From IMG/VR virus record IMGVR_UViG_2565956620_000001, positions 1 to 31,985 of that record: a DNA stretch of 31,985 bases; one strand, given 5' to 3'. How positions within the stretch are numbered: the first letter of the stretch is position 1; the number at the start of each line of letters is the position of its first letter. The stretch is from a virus (Duplodnaviria; Heunggongvirae; Uroviricota; Caudoviricetes). Both the position numbers and the translations under genes were made by a program. The notes under the pieces were generated by a model, which made no database searches, was not told the origin of the DNA, and saw only the letters and a program-made list of their open reading frames with translations. Below, piece by piece: positions 17,851 to 26,450 of the stretch.

Positions 17851-18263
17851 TGACTGTGCTGGTTGTGTTGTTATCACTGGCGGTGGCCGGTCTGTTTCTG
17901 GTGAAACACAAAAATGCCAGCCTGCGCGCCTCGCTGGACAGGGCGAACAACGTCGCCAACGGGCAGCAGACGACCATCACCATGCTGAAAAATCAGCTTC
18001 ATGTTGCGCTCACCAGGGCAGACAAAAACGAGCTGGCGCAGGTGGCACTGCGTCAGGAACTGGAGAACGCGGCGAAGCGTGAAGCACAGCGCGAGAAAAC
18101 CATCACGAGGTTACTGAATGAAAACGAAGATTTTCGCCGCTGGTACGGCGCTGGCCTGCCTGATGCTGTGCGCCGGTTGCACCAGCGCCCGGCCTGCACC
18201 GACGCCAGTGATTGTCGCCAACGCCTGCCCGAAAGTGAGTCTTTGCCCGATGCCGGGCAGTGA
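17838..18263 (+). CDS. lysB: LysB, Rz-like inner-membrane spanin (141 aa)
   Basis: N-terminal transmembrane segment then a charged helical region; ATG at 17838 with GAGGGG RBS. Confidence 0.75.
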   Translation: MSRLMTVLVVLLSLAVAGLFLVKHKNASLRASLDRANNVANGQQTTITMLKNQLHVALTRADKNELAQVALRQELENAAKREAQREKTITRLLNENEDFRRWYGAGLPDAVRRLHQRPACTDASDCRQRLPESESLPDAGQ

Positions 18264-18408
18264 CCCGGAGACGAACGGCGATTTAAGTGCCGATATCCGG
18301 CAGCTTGAGAACGCGCTGGCACGCTGTGCCAGCCAGGTAAAAATGATTAAACACTGTCAGGACGAAAACGATGCTCAAACCCGACAGCCTGCGCAGGGCG
18401 CTGACTGA
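18118..18408 (+). CDS. lysC: LysC, Rz1-like outer-membrane lipoprotein spanin (96 aa), overlapping lysB in another frame
   Basis: Signal peptide with LCAGC lipobox; starts inside lysB and runs past its stop. Confidence 0.75.
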   Translation: MKTKIFAAGTALACLMLCAGCTSARPAPTPVIVANACPKVSLCPMPGSDPETNGDLSADIRQLENALARCASQVKMIKHCQDENDAQTRQPAQGAD

Positions 18409-18838
18409 TGCCGTCACGGTGCTGAAAACCAGTCCCGAGATGCTGCGGATATTCGTGGATAACGGGAGTATTGCCTCCACACTGGCGACGTCGTTGTCAT
18501 TCGAAAAGCGTTACACGCTCAATGTCATTGTGACCGACTTTACCGGTGATTTTGACCTGCTCATCGTGCCGGTGCTGGCGTGGCTGCGGGAAAATCAGCC
18601 CGACATCATGACCACCGACGAAGGCCAGAAAAAGGGCTTCACGTTTTATGCAGACATCAACAATGACAGCAGCTTTGATATCAGCATCAGCCTGATGCTG
18701 ACCGAGCGCACGCTGGTCAGTGAGGTGGACGGCGCACTGCATGTGAAGAATATCCCGGAACCCCCGCCGCCGGAGCCGGTCACCCGCCCGATGGAGCTTT
18801 ATATCAATGGCGAACTGGTGAGCAAGTGGGATGAATGA
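18371..18838 (+). CDS. R: Tail completion protein R (155 aa)
   Basis: Synteny and P2-like length. Confidence 0.8.
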   Translation: MLKPDSLRRALTDAVTVLKTSPEMLRIFVDNGSIASTLATSLSFEKRYTLNVIVTDFTGDFDLLIVPVLAWLRENQPDIMTTDEGQKKGFTFYADINNDSSFDISISLMLTERTLVSEVDGALHVKNIPEPPPPEPVTRPMELYINGELVSKWDE

Positions 18839-19283
18839 GTTTAAGCGTTTTGAAGACCGGCTGGCCGGACTGATTGAATCGCTGTCACCGTCAGGGCGTC
18901 GGCGACTGAGTGCCGAACTGGCGAAACGTCTGCGGCAGAGTCAGCAGCGTCGGGTGATGGCACAGAAAGCCCCGGACGGCACACCCTATGCGCCACGCCA
19001 GCAGCAGAGCGCCAGAAAAAAGACCGGTCGTGTTAAGCGAAAAATGTTTGCGAAACTTATCACCAGTCGTTTTTTGCATATCCGCGCCAGCCCTGAACAG
19101 GCATCAATGGAGTTTTACGGCGGAAAGTCACCGAAAATCGCCAGCGTGCATCAGTTCGGTCTGTCGGAAGAAACCCGGAAAGACGGTAAGAAAATTGATT
19201 ATCCGGCGCGTCCCCTGCTCGGCTTTACCGGTGAGGATGTGCAGATGATTGAAGAGATTATTCTGGCGCACCTCGACCGTTAG
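18831..19283 (+). CDS. S: Tail completion protein S (150 aa)
   Basis: Synteny and P2-like length. Confidence 0.8.
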   Translation: MNEFKRFEDRLAGLIESLSPSGRRRLSAELAKRLRQSQQRRVMAQKAPDGTPYAPRQQQSARKKTGRVKRKMFAKLITSRFLHIRASPEQASMEFYGGKSPKIASVHQFGLSEETRKDGKKIDYPARPLLGFTGEDVQMIEEIILAHLDR

Positions 19284-19301
19284 TTGTGCCATTCCCGACA
19301 C
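19283..19301 (+). promoter_or_regulatory. Possible late-promoter element upstream of V: TTGTGCCATTC...ACC
   Basis: Shares TTGTGCCAT with the FI upstream element; spacing to the V ATG is short, so weak. Confidence 0.25.
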
Positions 19302-19349
19302 CTCATCGTCACATTGCCGCCGGTATGACCCGGCGGCATCCTTCCCGTT

Positions 19350-19985
19350 ATGAACACTCTCGCAAATATTCAGGAACTCGCGCGCGCACTGCGCAACATG
19401 ATCCGCACCGGCATTATCGTCGAAACCGACCTTAACGCCGGTCGCTGCCGTGTGCAGACCGGCGGCATGTGCACCGACTGGCTTCAGTGGCTGACCCATC
19501 GCGCCGGACGTTCGCGCACATGGTGGGCACCTTCCGTGGGGGAACAGGTGCTGATTCTGGCCGTGGGCGGTGAACTCGACACGGCGTTCGTTCTGCCGGG
19601 GATTTATTCCGGCGATAACCGCGCGCCGTCTGCGTCGGCGGATGCCCTGCATATCCGTTTCCCTGACGGGGCGGTGATTGAGTATGAACCCGAAACCAGT
19701 GCACTCACGGTAAGCGGAATTAAAACGGCCAGCGTGACGGCTTCTGATTCTGTTACTGCCACGGTACCGGTGGTCACGGTGAAAGCGTCAACCCGTGTCA
19801 CCCTGGACACACCGGAAGTGGTCTGCACTAACAAACTGACTACCGGCACGCTGGAAGTGCAGAAGGGCGGGACGATGCGCGGCAACATTGAACACACCGG
19901 CGGTGAACTCTCATCAAACGGTAAGGTACTGCATACCCATAAACACCCCGGCGACAGCGGCGGCACAACCGGGAGTCCTTTATGA
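19350..19985 (+). CDS. V: Baseplate spike protein V (211 aa)
   Basis: Synteny and P2-like length. Confidence 0.85.
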   Translation: MNTLANIQELARALRNMIRTGIIVETDLNAGRCRVQTGGMCTDWLQWLTHRAGRSRTWWAPSVGEQVLILAVGGELDTAFVLPGIYSGDNRAPSASADALHIRFPDGAVIEYEPETSALTVSGIKTASVTASDSVTATVPVVTVKASTRVTLDTPEVVCTNKLTTGTLEVQKGGTMRGNIEHTGGELSSNGKVLHTHKHPGDSGGTTGSPL

Positions 19986-20329
19986 CAGCGCGTTATCTCG
20001 GAATGAATCGCAGTGATGGCCTGACTGTCACTGACCTTGAGCATATCAGCCAGAGTATCGGCGATATCCTGCGTACCCCCGTCGGCTCACGGGTGATGCG
20101 TCGTGATTACGGCTCGTTGCTGGCGTCAATGATTGACCAGCCGCAGACCCCGGCGCTTGAGTTGCAGATTAAGGTCGCCTGTTACATGGCGGTGCTGAAA
20201 TGGGAACCCCGCGTAACCCTGTCATCCGTCACCACTGAGCGCAGTTTTGACGGGCGAATGACTGTCACTTTGACCGGCCAGCACAACGACACCGGCCAGC
20301 CACTTTCGTTAACCATCCCTGTGAGTTGA
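19982..20329 (+). CDS. W: Baseplate wedge protein W (115 aa)
   Basis: Synteny and length; overlapping start. Confidence 0.85.
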   Translation: MTARYLGMNRSDGLTVTDLEHISQSIGDILRTPVGSRVMRRDYGSLLASMIDQPQTPALELQIKVACYMAVLKWEPRVTLSSVTTERSFDGRMTVTLTGQHNDTGQPLSLTIPVS

Positions 20330-20333
20330 AACC

Positions 20334-21242
20334 ATGCCGATTATCGACCTGAACCAGCTACCCGCACCGGATGTGGTCGAGGAGCTGGACTTTGAAACCA
20401 TTCTCGCCGAACGCAAGGCGACACTGATTTCCCTTTACCCGGAAGACCAGCAGGAGGCGGTCGCCCGTACCCTGACGCTGGAATCCGAGCCTCTCGTCAA
20501 ACTGCTGGAGGAAAATGCTTATCGTGAGCTTATCTGGCGTCAGCGTGTGAATGAGGCTGCACGGGCGGTAATGCTGGCCTGTGCCGCCGGTAATGACCTT
20601 GATGTGATTGGTGCCAATTACAACACCACGCGCCTGACTATCACCCCGGCAGATGATTCGACCCTCCCGCCGACACCGGCCGTGATGGAATCTGACACCG
20701 ATTACCGTCTGCGTATTCAGCAGGCGTTTGAAGGTTTAAGCGTCGCCGGGTCGGTGGGAGCCTATCAGTATCATGGTCGCAGTGCCGACGGGCGTGTCGC
20801 GGATATTTCTGTAACCAGTCCGTCTCCGGCCTGCGTCACCATCTCTGTGCTGTCACGTGAAAATAACGGTGTTGCATCCGAAGACCTGCTGGCCGTGGTG
20901 CGTAACGCCCTTAATGGTGAGGACGTCAGGCCGGTGGCCGACCGCGTGACCGTGCAGTCTGCCGCCATCGTTGAATACCAGATAAACGCCACGCTTTACC
21001 TTTACCCTGGTCCCGAAAGCGAACCCATCCGCGCGGCCGCAGTAAAAAAACTGGAAGCGTATATCACGGCACAGCACCGGCTGGGGCGCGACATCCGTCT
21101 GTCTGCCATTTATGCCGCTTTGCATGTGGAAGGCGTGCAGCGTGTCGAACTGACTGCACCGCTGGCCGACATCGTGCTCAACAGTACGCAGGCGTCTTTC
21201 TGTACCGAATACCGCGTCGTGACCGGAGGCTCTGATGAGTGA
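20334..21242 (+). CDS. J: Baseplate protein J (302 aa)
   Basis: Synteny and P2-like length. Confidence 0.85.
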   Translation: MPIIDLNQLPAPDVVEELDFETILAERKATLISLYPEDQQEAVARTLTLESEPLVKLLEENAYRELIWRQRVNEAARAVMLACAAGNDLDVIGANYNTTRLTITPADDSTLPPTPAVMESDTDYRLRIQQAFEGLSVAGSVGAYQYHGRSADGRVADISVTSPSPACVTISVLSRENNGVASEDLLAVVRNALNGEDVRPVADRVTVQSAAIVEYQINATLYLYPGPESEPIRAAAVKKLEAYITAQHRLGRDIRLSAIYAALHVEGVQRVELTAPLADIVLNSTQASFCTEYRVVTGGSDE

Positions 21243-21846
21243 TTCGCGCCTGCTGCCGACCGGCTCATCACCGCTTGAAGTTGCCGCCGCAAAAGCCTGT
21301 GCGGAAATTGAAAAAACGCCGGTCAGTATTCGTGAGCTGTGGAACCCGGACACCTGTCCGGCAAATCTGCTGCCGTGGCTGGCGTGGGCGTTTTCGGTTG
21401 ACAGGTGGGATGAAAAGTGGCCGGAAGCAACAAAACGCGCTGTTATCCGCGATGCGTATTTCATTCACTGCCATAAGGGCACTATTGGTGCGATTCGCCG
21501 TGTGGTGGAGCCGCTCGGCTATCTGATTGAGGTGAGGGAGTGGTGGCAGCTCAACGAGGAGCCGGGGACGTTCCGCATCGTTGTTGGCGTGCTTGAGCAG
21601 GGTATTACCGAGGAAATGTATCAGGAGCTGGAGCGTCTCGTTGCTGATGCAAAACCTGCAAGCCGCCATCTGACGGGACTGGCTATCAGTTTAAGTACAA
21701 CCGGCAACATTTTTGCCGGTGCGGGATGCTATCACGGCGACGCCCTGACGGTTTATCCCTACACCCCGGAGGCCATTATTGTCGGAGGGGATTATTTCCC
21801 GGCCTCGGCCATTCATTTAATTGATAACCTGAGAGTAAACGCATGA
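21235..21846 (+). CDS. I: Baseplate protein I (203 aa)
   Basis: GGAGG RBS; overlapping starts on both sides; synteny. Confidence 0.8.
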   Translation: MSDSRLLPTGSSPLEVAAAKACAEIEKTPVSIRELWNPDTCPANLLPWLAWAFSVDRWDEKWPEATKRAVIRDAYFIHCHKGTIGAIRRVVEPLGYLIEVREWWQLNEEPGTFRIVVGVLEQGITEEMYQELERLVADAKPASRHLTGLAISLSTTGNIFAGAGCYHGDALTVYPYTPEAIIVGGDYFPASAIHLIDNLRVNA

Positions 21847-23366
21847 CAGTGAAATACTACGCCATTCTGACTAATCAGGGCGCAGCACGGCTGGCTAACG
21901 CGACGATGCTCGGCAGTAAGCTGAATCTGACGCAAATGGCCGTTGGTGATGCGAATGGTGTCTTACCGACACCAGACCCGGCACAGACAAAACTGATTAA
22001 CCAGAAACGCATCGCGCCGCTGAATCTTCTGAGTGTTGACCCTAACAATCAGAGCCAGATTATTGCGGAGCAAATCATCCCTGAAAACGAGGGCGGATTC
22101 TGGATCCGTGAGATTGGACTTTATGATGATGAAGGCGTACTCATTGCGGTGGCGAACTGCCCGGAAACGTACAAACCGCAGTTGCAGGAAGGCAGTGGTC
22201 GTACCCAGACTATCCGCATGATTCTGGTTGTCACGAACACCGAAGCCATCACGCTGAAAATCGACCCGGCTGTGGTACTGGCAACACGTAAATATGTGGA
22301 TGACAAAATTTCTGAGCACGAACAGTCACGACGCCACCCGGACGCCTCGCTGACCGCAAAAGGTTTTACTCAGTTAAGCAGTGCAACTAACAGTACATCT
22401 GAAACACTGGCCGCAACACCGAAAGCGGTAAAGGCTGCATATGACCTGGCTAACGGGAAATATACCGCTCAGGATGCGACTACGGCACGAAAAGGCCTTG
22501 TTCAACTCAGTAGCGCCACAAACAGCACGTCTGAAACACTGGCTGCAACGCCAAAAGCGGTCAAGGCGGCGTATGACCTGGCTAACGGGAAATATACCGC
22601 CCAGAACGCCACCACGACGCAAAAAGGGCTTGTTCAGCTCAGTAGTGCAACCAACAGCACATCTGAAACACTGGCTGCAACGCCAAAAGCGGTAAAGGCT
22701 GCATACGACCTGGCTAATGGAAGACAACCGGCAAACGCCATACTCACTGCTCTGGCAGGGCTTGCTACAGCGGCAGATAAACTCCCTTATTTTACAGGGG
22801 TAGATCGTGCCGCGTTAACTGCACTGACAAGTGTTGGTCGTGCAATTCTTAGTAAGCCCAGCACACAGGGAGTTCTTGATTATCTTGGTTTGGGAGAAGG
22901 CTCTGCATTGCCTGTTGGTGTACCTGTTCCGTGGCCCTCCGCAACCCCGCCAACGGGCTGGCTGAAATGCAACGGCGCTGCCTTTGATAAGGTGAAATAT
23001 CCCCATCTTGCTACAGCATATCCATCAGGGAAACTACCTGATCTCCGTGGTGAGTTTATTCGTGGATGGGATGACGGGCGTGGTATTGATGCAGGACGTG
23101 CTTTATTGAGCATTCAGACTGGGATGCTGGAAAAACACCGCCATATTGTTGTTGCCAACGATGGGTATGATTCAAAAGAGGAATGGGAACTGGCGACAAT
23201 CTTCAGAAGAGCATATACGCAAGGCCGGGGGCTTGATGCTGCCGATGCCGGAGGAACTCTGATTCCATCACCAACGCTACATACACGAGGGAGTATTGGT
23301 AACACAGGTGGGAGCGAAACCCGTCCACGAAATATTGCATTTAACTATATCGTGAGAGCTGCATAA
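21843..23366 (+). CDS. H: Tail fibre protein H (507 aa) with internal tandem repeats and a collar-type C-terminal domain
   Basis: P2 H-like N-terminus; C-terminal PDLRGEFIRGWDDGRG motif; synteny. Confidence 0.85.
   Translation: MTVKYYAILTNQGAARLANATMLGSKLNLTQMAVGDANGVLPTPDPAQTKLINQKRIAPLNLLSVDPNNQSQIIAEQIIPENEGGFWIREIGLYDDEGVLIAVANCPETYKPQLQEGSGRTQTIRMILVVTNTEAITLKIDPAVVLATRKYVDDKISEHEQSRRHPDASLTAKGFTQLSSATNSTSETLAATPKAVKAAYDLANGKYTAQDATTARKGLVQLSSATNSTSETLAATPKAVKAAYDLANGKYTAQNATTTQKGLVQLSSATNSTSETLAATPKAVKAAYDLANGRQPANAILTALAGLATAADKLPYFTGVDRAALTALTSVGRAILSKPSTQGVLDYLGLGEGSALPVGVPVPWPSATPPTGWLKCNGAAFDKVKYPHLATAYPSGKLPDLRGEFIRGWDDGRGIDAGRALLSIQTGMLEKHRHIVVANDGYDSKEEWELATIFRRAYTQGRGLDAADAGGTLIPSPTLHTRGSIGNTGGSETRPRNIAFNYIVRAA
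22359..22721 (+). repeat. Three tandem copies of a 132-bp (44-aa) unit inside H, third copy truncated
   Basis: Unit KG(F/L)(T/V)QLSSATNSTSETLAATPKAVKAAYDLANGKYTAQ(D/N)ATT.. beginning at 22359, 22491 and 22623. Confidence 0.9.
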
Positions 23367-23968
23367 TGGATAAAGCCGTATTAAATAGCGAACTTATTGC
23401 CACGAAGGCGGGGAATATTACCGTCTATAACTATGATGGTGAAACACGGGAATATATTTCCACTTCAAATGAATATCTTGCCGTTGGTGTCGGTATCCCG
23501 GCATATTCCTGTTTAGATGCTCCTGGCACATATAAGGCGGGTTATGCTATCTGCCGTTCTATGGATTTAAAATCATGGGAATATGTGTCAGACCATCGTG
23601 GTGAAATTGTCTATAGCACCGAAACAGGTGAATCAAAAGAAATCAAAACTCCGGGTGATTACCCTGAAAATGCAACCACTATCGCCCCGTCAACGCCATA
23701 CGATAAATGGGATGGTGAGAAATGGGTGACGGATACCGAGGCACAGCATAGCGCCGCAGTAGATGCAGCAGAAGCACAGCGCCAGTCACTGATTGATGCA
23801 GCAATGGCTTCCATTAGTCTGATTCAGCTGAAATTACAGGCCGGGCGGAAACTGACGCAGGCAGAAACAACCCGGCTTAACGCTGTGCTGGATTACATTG
23901 ACGCTGTGACGGCAACAGATACCAGCACCGCGCCTGATGTTATCTGGCCTGAACTGCCGGAGGCGTAG
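23366..23968 (+). CDS. G: Tail fibre assembly chaperone (200 aa)
   Basis: TAATG overlap with H; position downstream of the fibre gene. Confidence 0.75.
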   Translation: MDKAVLNSELIATKAGNITVYNYDGETREYISTSNEYLAVGVGIPAYSCLDAPGTYKAGYAICRSMDLKSWEYVSDHRGEIVYSTETGESKEIKTPGDYPENATTIAPSTPYDKWDGEKWVTDTEAQHSAAVDAAEAQRQSLIDAAMASISLIQLKLQAGRKLTQAETTRLNAVLDYIDAVTATDTSTAPDVIWPELPEA

Positions 23969-23977
23969 GCCATTCAA

Positions 23978-24022
23978 TATCTGGAGCACTGGAAATTTCG
24001 ACAAGTTCCAGTGCTCCAGATA
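23978..24022. repeat. Perfect 15-bp inverted repeat TATCTGGAGCACTGG / CCAGTGCTCCAGATA with a 15-nt loop
   Basis: Arms at 23978..23992 and 24008..24022, 10 bp after the G stop; no T-run follows. Confidence 0.8.
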
Positions 24023-24152
24023 ATCGACTGTGTGGGAACAGGCAGGACGATTGCTGGCTGCGAGGGAATCACGTCAACGTGTGGCGCTGATTTTTGATAT
24101 TGACCTGTCCACGCTCTATAAAAAATTCGCCTCATCAGCGACAAAGAATAAA

Positions 24153-24180
24153 TTGTGCCATCCATCAGCCAACCGGGACA
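24153..24180 (+). promoter_or_regulatory. Late-promoter activator element upstream of FI: TTGTGCCATCCATCAGCCAACCGGGACA
   Basis: Close match to the P/O element; lies 65 bp upstream of the FI ATG. Confidence 0.45.
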
Positions 24181-24244
24181 AATAGCCTGACATCTCCGGC
24201 ACACATGAAAATACCACTCACCCATTAACCACGGAGTTAAACGG

Positions 24245-25435
24245 ATGAGCGACTATCATCATGGCGTGCAGGTGCTGGAGATTAACGACGGCACCCGCGT
24301 CATTTCCACTGTATCCACCGCCATTGTCGGCATGGTCTGCACGGCCAGCGATGCGGATGCGGAAACCTTCCCCCTCAATAAACCGGTGCTGATTACCAAT
24401 GTGCAGAGCGCAATTGCAAAGGCCGGTAAAAAAGGCACGCTGGCGGCGTCGTTACAGGCCATCGCTGACCAGTCAAAACCGGTCACCGTTGTTGTGCGCG
24501 TGGAAGACGGCACCGGCGACGACGAAGAAACGAAACTTGCGCAGACCGTTTCCAATATCATCGGCACCACCGACGAAAACGGTCAGTACACCGGACTGAA
24601 AGCCCTGCTGGCGGCGGAGTCGGTAACCGGTGTTAAACCGCGTATTCTCGGCGTGCCGGGACTGGATACCAAAGAGGTGGCTGTTGCACTGGCATCAGTC
24701 TGTCAGAAGCTGCGCGCTTTCGGGTATATCAGCGCATGGGGCTGTAAAACCATTTCTGAGGTGAAAGCCTACCGCCAGAATTTCAGCCAGCGTGAGCTGA
24801 TGGTCATCTGGCCGGATTTCCTCGCATGGGATACGGTCACCAGTACCACCGCCACCGCGTATGCCACTGCCCGTGCGCTGGGGCTGCGCGCTAAAATCGA
24901 CCAGGAGCAGGGCTGGCATAAAACGCTGTCCAACGTTGGGGTGAACGGTGTTACCGGCATCAGTGCATCTGTATTCTGGGATTTGCAGGAGTCCGGCACC
25001 GATGCTGACCTGCTTAACGAGTCAGGCGTCACTACGCTGATTCGCCGCGACGGTTTCCGCTTCTGGGGTAACCGTACCTGCTCTGATGACCCGCTGTTCC
25101 TCTTTGAAAACTACACCCGCACCGCGCAGGTGCTGGCCGACACGATGGCTGAGGCGCACATGTGGGCGGTGGACAAGCCCATCACCGCAACGCTGATTCG
25201 CGACATCGTTGACGGTATCAATGCCAAATTCCGTGAGCTGAAAACAAACGGCTATATCGTGGATGCGACCTGCTGGTTCAGCGAAGAATCCAACGATGCG
25301 GAAACCCTCAAGGCCGGAAAACTGTATATCGACTACGACTATACACCGGTGCCTCCTCTCGAAAACCTGACCCTGCGCCAGCGTATTACCGATAAATACC
25401 TGGCAAATCTGGTCACCTCGGTTAACAGCAATTAA
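24245..25435 (+). CDS. FI: Contractile tail sheath protein (396 aa)
   Basis: Synteny and P2-like length; GGAG RBS. Confidence 0.9.
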   Translation: MSDYHHGVQVLEINDGTRVISTVSTAIVGMVCTASDADAETFPLNKPVLITNVQSAIAKAGKKGTLAASLQAIADQSKPVTVVVRVEDGTGDDEETKLAQTVSNIIGTTDENGQYTGLKALLAAESVTGVKPRILGVPGLDTKEVAVALASVCQKLRAFGYISAWGCKTISEVKAYRQNFSQRELMVIWPDFLAWDTVTSTTATAYATARALGLRAKIDQEQGWHKTLSNVGVNGVTGISASVFWDLQESGTDADLLNESGVTTLIRRDGFRFWGNRTCSDDPLFLFENYTRTAQVLADTMAEAHMWAVDKPITATLIRDIVDGINAKFRELKTNGYIVDATCWFSEESNDAETLKAGKLYIDYDYTPVPPLENLTLRQRITDKYLANLVTSVNSN

Positions 25436-25447
25436 GGAGCCTGACCG

Positions 25448-25966
25448 ATGGCAATGCCGCGCAAACTCAAATTAATGAACGTCTTTCTGAACGGCTACAG
25501 CTATCAGGGCGTTGCAAAGTCCGTCACGCTGCCAAAACTGACCCGTAAGCTCGAAAACTATCGCGGTGCGGGAATGAACGGCAGCGCACCGGTAGACCTC
25601 GGCCTTGATGACGATGCGCTGTCAATGGAGTGGTCGCTGGGTGGCTTCCCGGATTCGGTTATCTGGGAGCTTTACGCCGCAACCGGTGTGGATGCTGTGC
25701 CGATTCGTTTTGCAGGCTCTTACCAGCGTGACGATACCGGCGAAACGGTGGCCGTCGAGGTGGTCATGCGTGGCCGTCAGAAAGAAATCGACACCGGCGA
25801 GGGTAAACAGGGAGAAGACACCGAGTCGAAAATCTCCGTGGTCTGCACCTATTTCCGGCTGACGATGGACGGTAAGGAGCTGGTCGAAATCGACACCATC
25901 AACATGATTGAGAAGGTGAACGGCGTCGACCGGCTGGAGCAACACCGCCGCAATATCGGCCTGTGA
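25448..25966 (+). CDS. FII: Tail tube protein (172 aa)
   Basis: Synteny and P2-like length; AAGGAG RBS. Confidence 0.9.
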   Translation: MAMPRKLKLMNVFLNGYSYQGVAKSVTLPKLTRKLENYRGAGMNGSAPVDLGLDDDALSMEWSLGGFPDSVIWELYAATGVDAVPIRFAGSYQRDDTGETVAVEVVMRGRQKEIDTGEGKQGEDTESKISVVCTYFRLTMDGKELVEIDTINMIEKVNGVDRLEQHRRNIGL

Positions 25967-26022
25967 TTTTCATCCGGTCAGCCTGGCTGACCGGTTAACC
26001 CCGATTCAGAAGTGAGAAAACC

Positions 26023-26298
26023 ATGAACAAAGAAAACGTCATTACCCTGGATAATCCGGTTAAACGTGGTGAACAGGTTATCGAACAGGTCACGCTGATG
26101 AAACCCAATGCCGGGACGCTGCGCGGTGTCAGTCTGGCTGCGGTCGCAAACTCCGAAGTCGATGCACTGATTAAAGTGCTGCCGCGCATGACGGCACCGA
26201 TGCTGACCGAGCAGGAGGTCGCCGCGCTGGAACTGCCTGACCTTGTGGCGCTGGCCGGTAAGGTGGTCGGTTTTTTGTCGCCGAACTCGGTGCAGTGA
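26023..26298 (+). CDS. E: Tail assembly chaperone E (91 aa)
   Basis: Synteny and length; contains a slippery heptamer near its 3' end. Confidence 0.8.
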   Translation: MNKENVITLDNPVKRGEQVIEQVTLMKPNAGTLRGVSLAAVANSEVDALIKVLPRMTAPMLTEQEVAALELPDLVALAGKVVGFLSPNSVQ

Positions 26299-26450
26299 CG
26301 TTTCCGAAAAATCTCTCGGTCGATGACCTGATGGCGGATGTGGCAGTGATATTTCACTGGCCGCCATCAGAACTGTATCCCATGAGCCTGACCGAACTCA
26401 TCACATGGCGCGAAAAGGCGCTCCGGCGAAGCGGAAACACGAATGAGTAA
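26023..26450 (+). CDS. E+E' fusion made by programmed -1 frameshift at T_TTT_TTG (26271..26277)
   Basis: Slippery heptamer in the E frame; the -1 frame is open from 26277 to the TAA at 26448..26450, which overlaps the T start. Confidence 0.7.

Noticed and set aside
22359-22721. Possible CRISPR array
   Set aside because: The repeats are 132 bp, contiguous with no unique spacers, and lie in frame inside the tail-fibre gene; they are coding tandem repeats.
22374-22727. 117-aa minus-strand ORF with internal repeats
   Set aside because: It is the reverse strand of the H tandem repeats and its periodicity is inherited from them.
24100-24122. TTGACC and TATAAA hexamers upstream of FI
   Set aside because: They are only 11 bp apart, incompatible with a sigma70 promoter.
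23974-24225. 83-aa minus-strand ORF in the G-FI gap
   Set aside because: It spans the 15-bp inverted repeat and the late-promoter region, has no RBS, and opposes all neighbouring genes.
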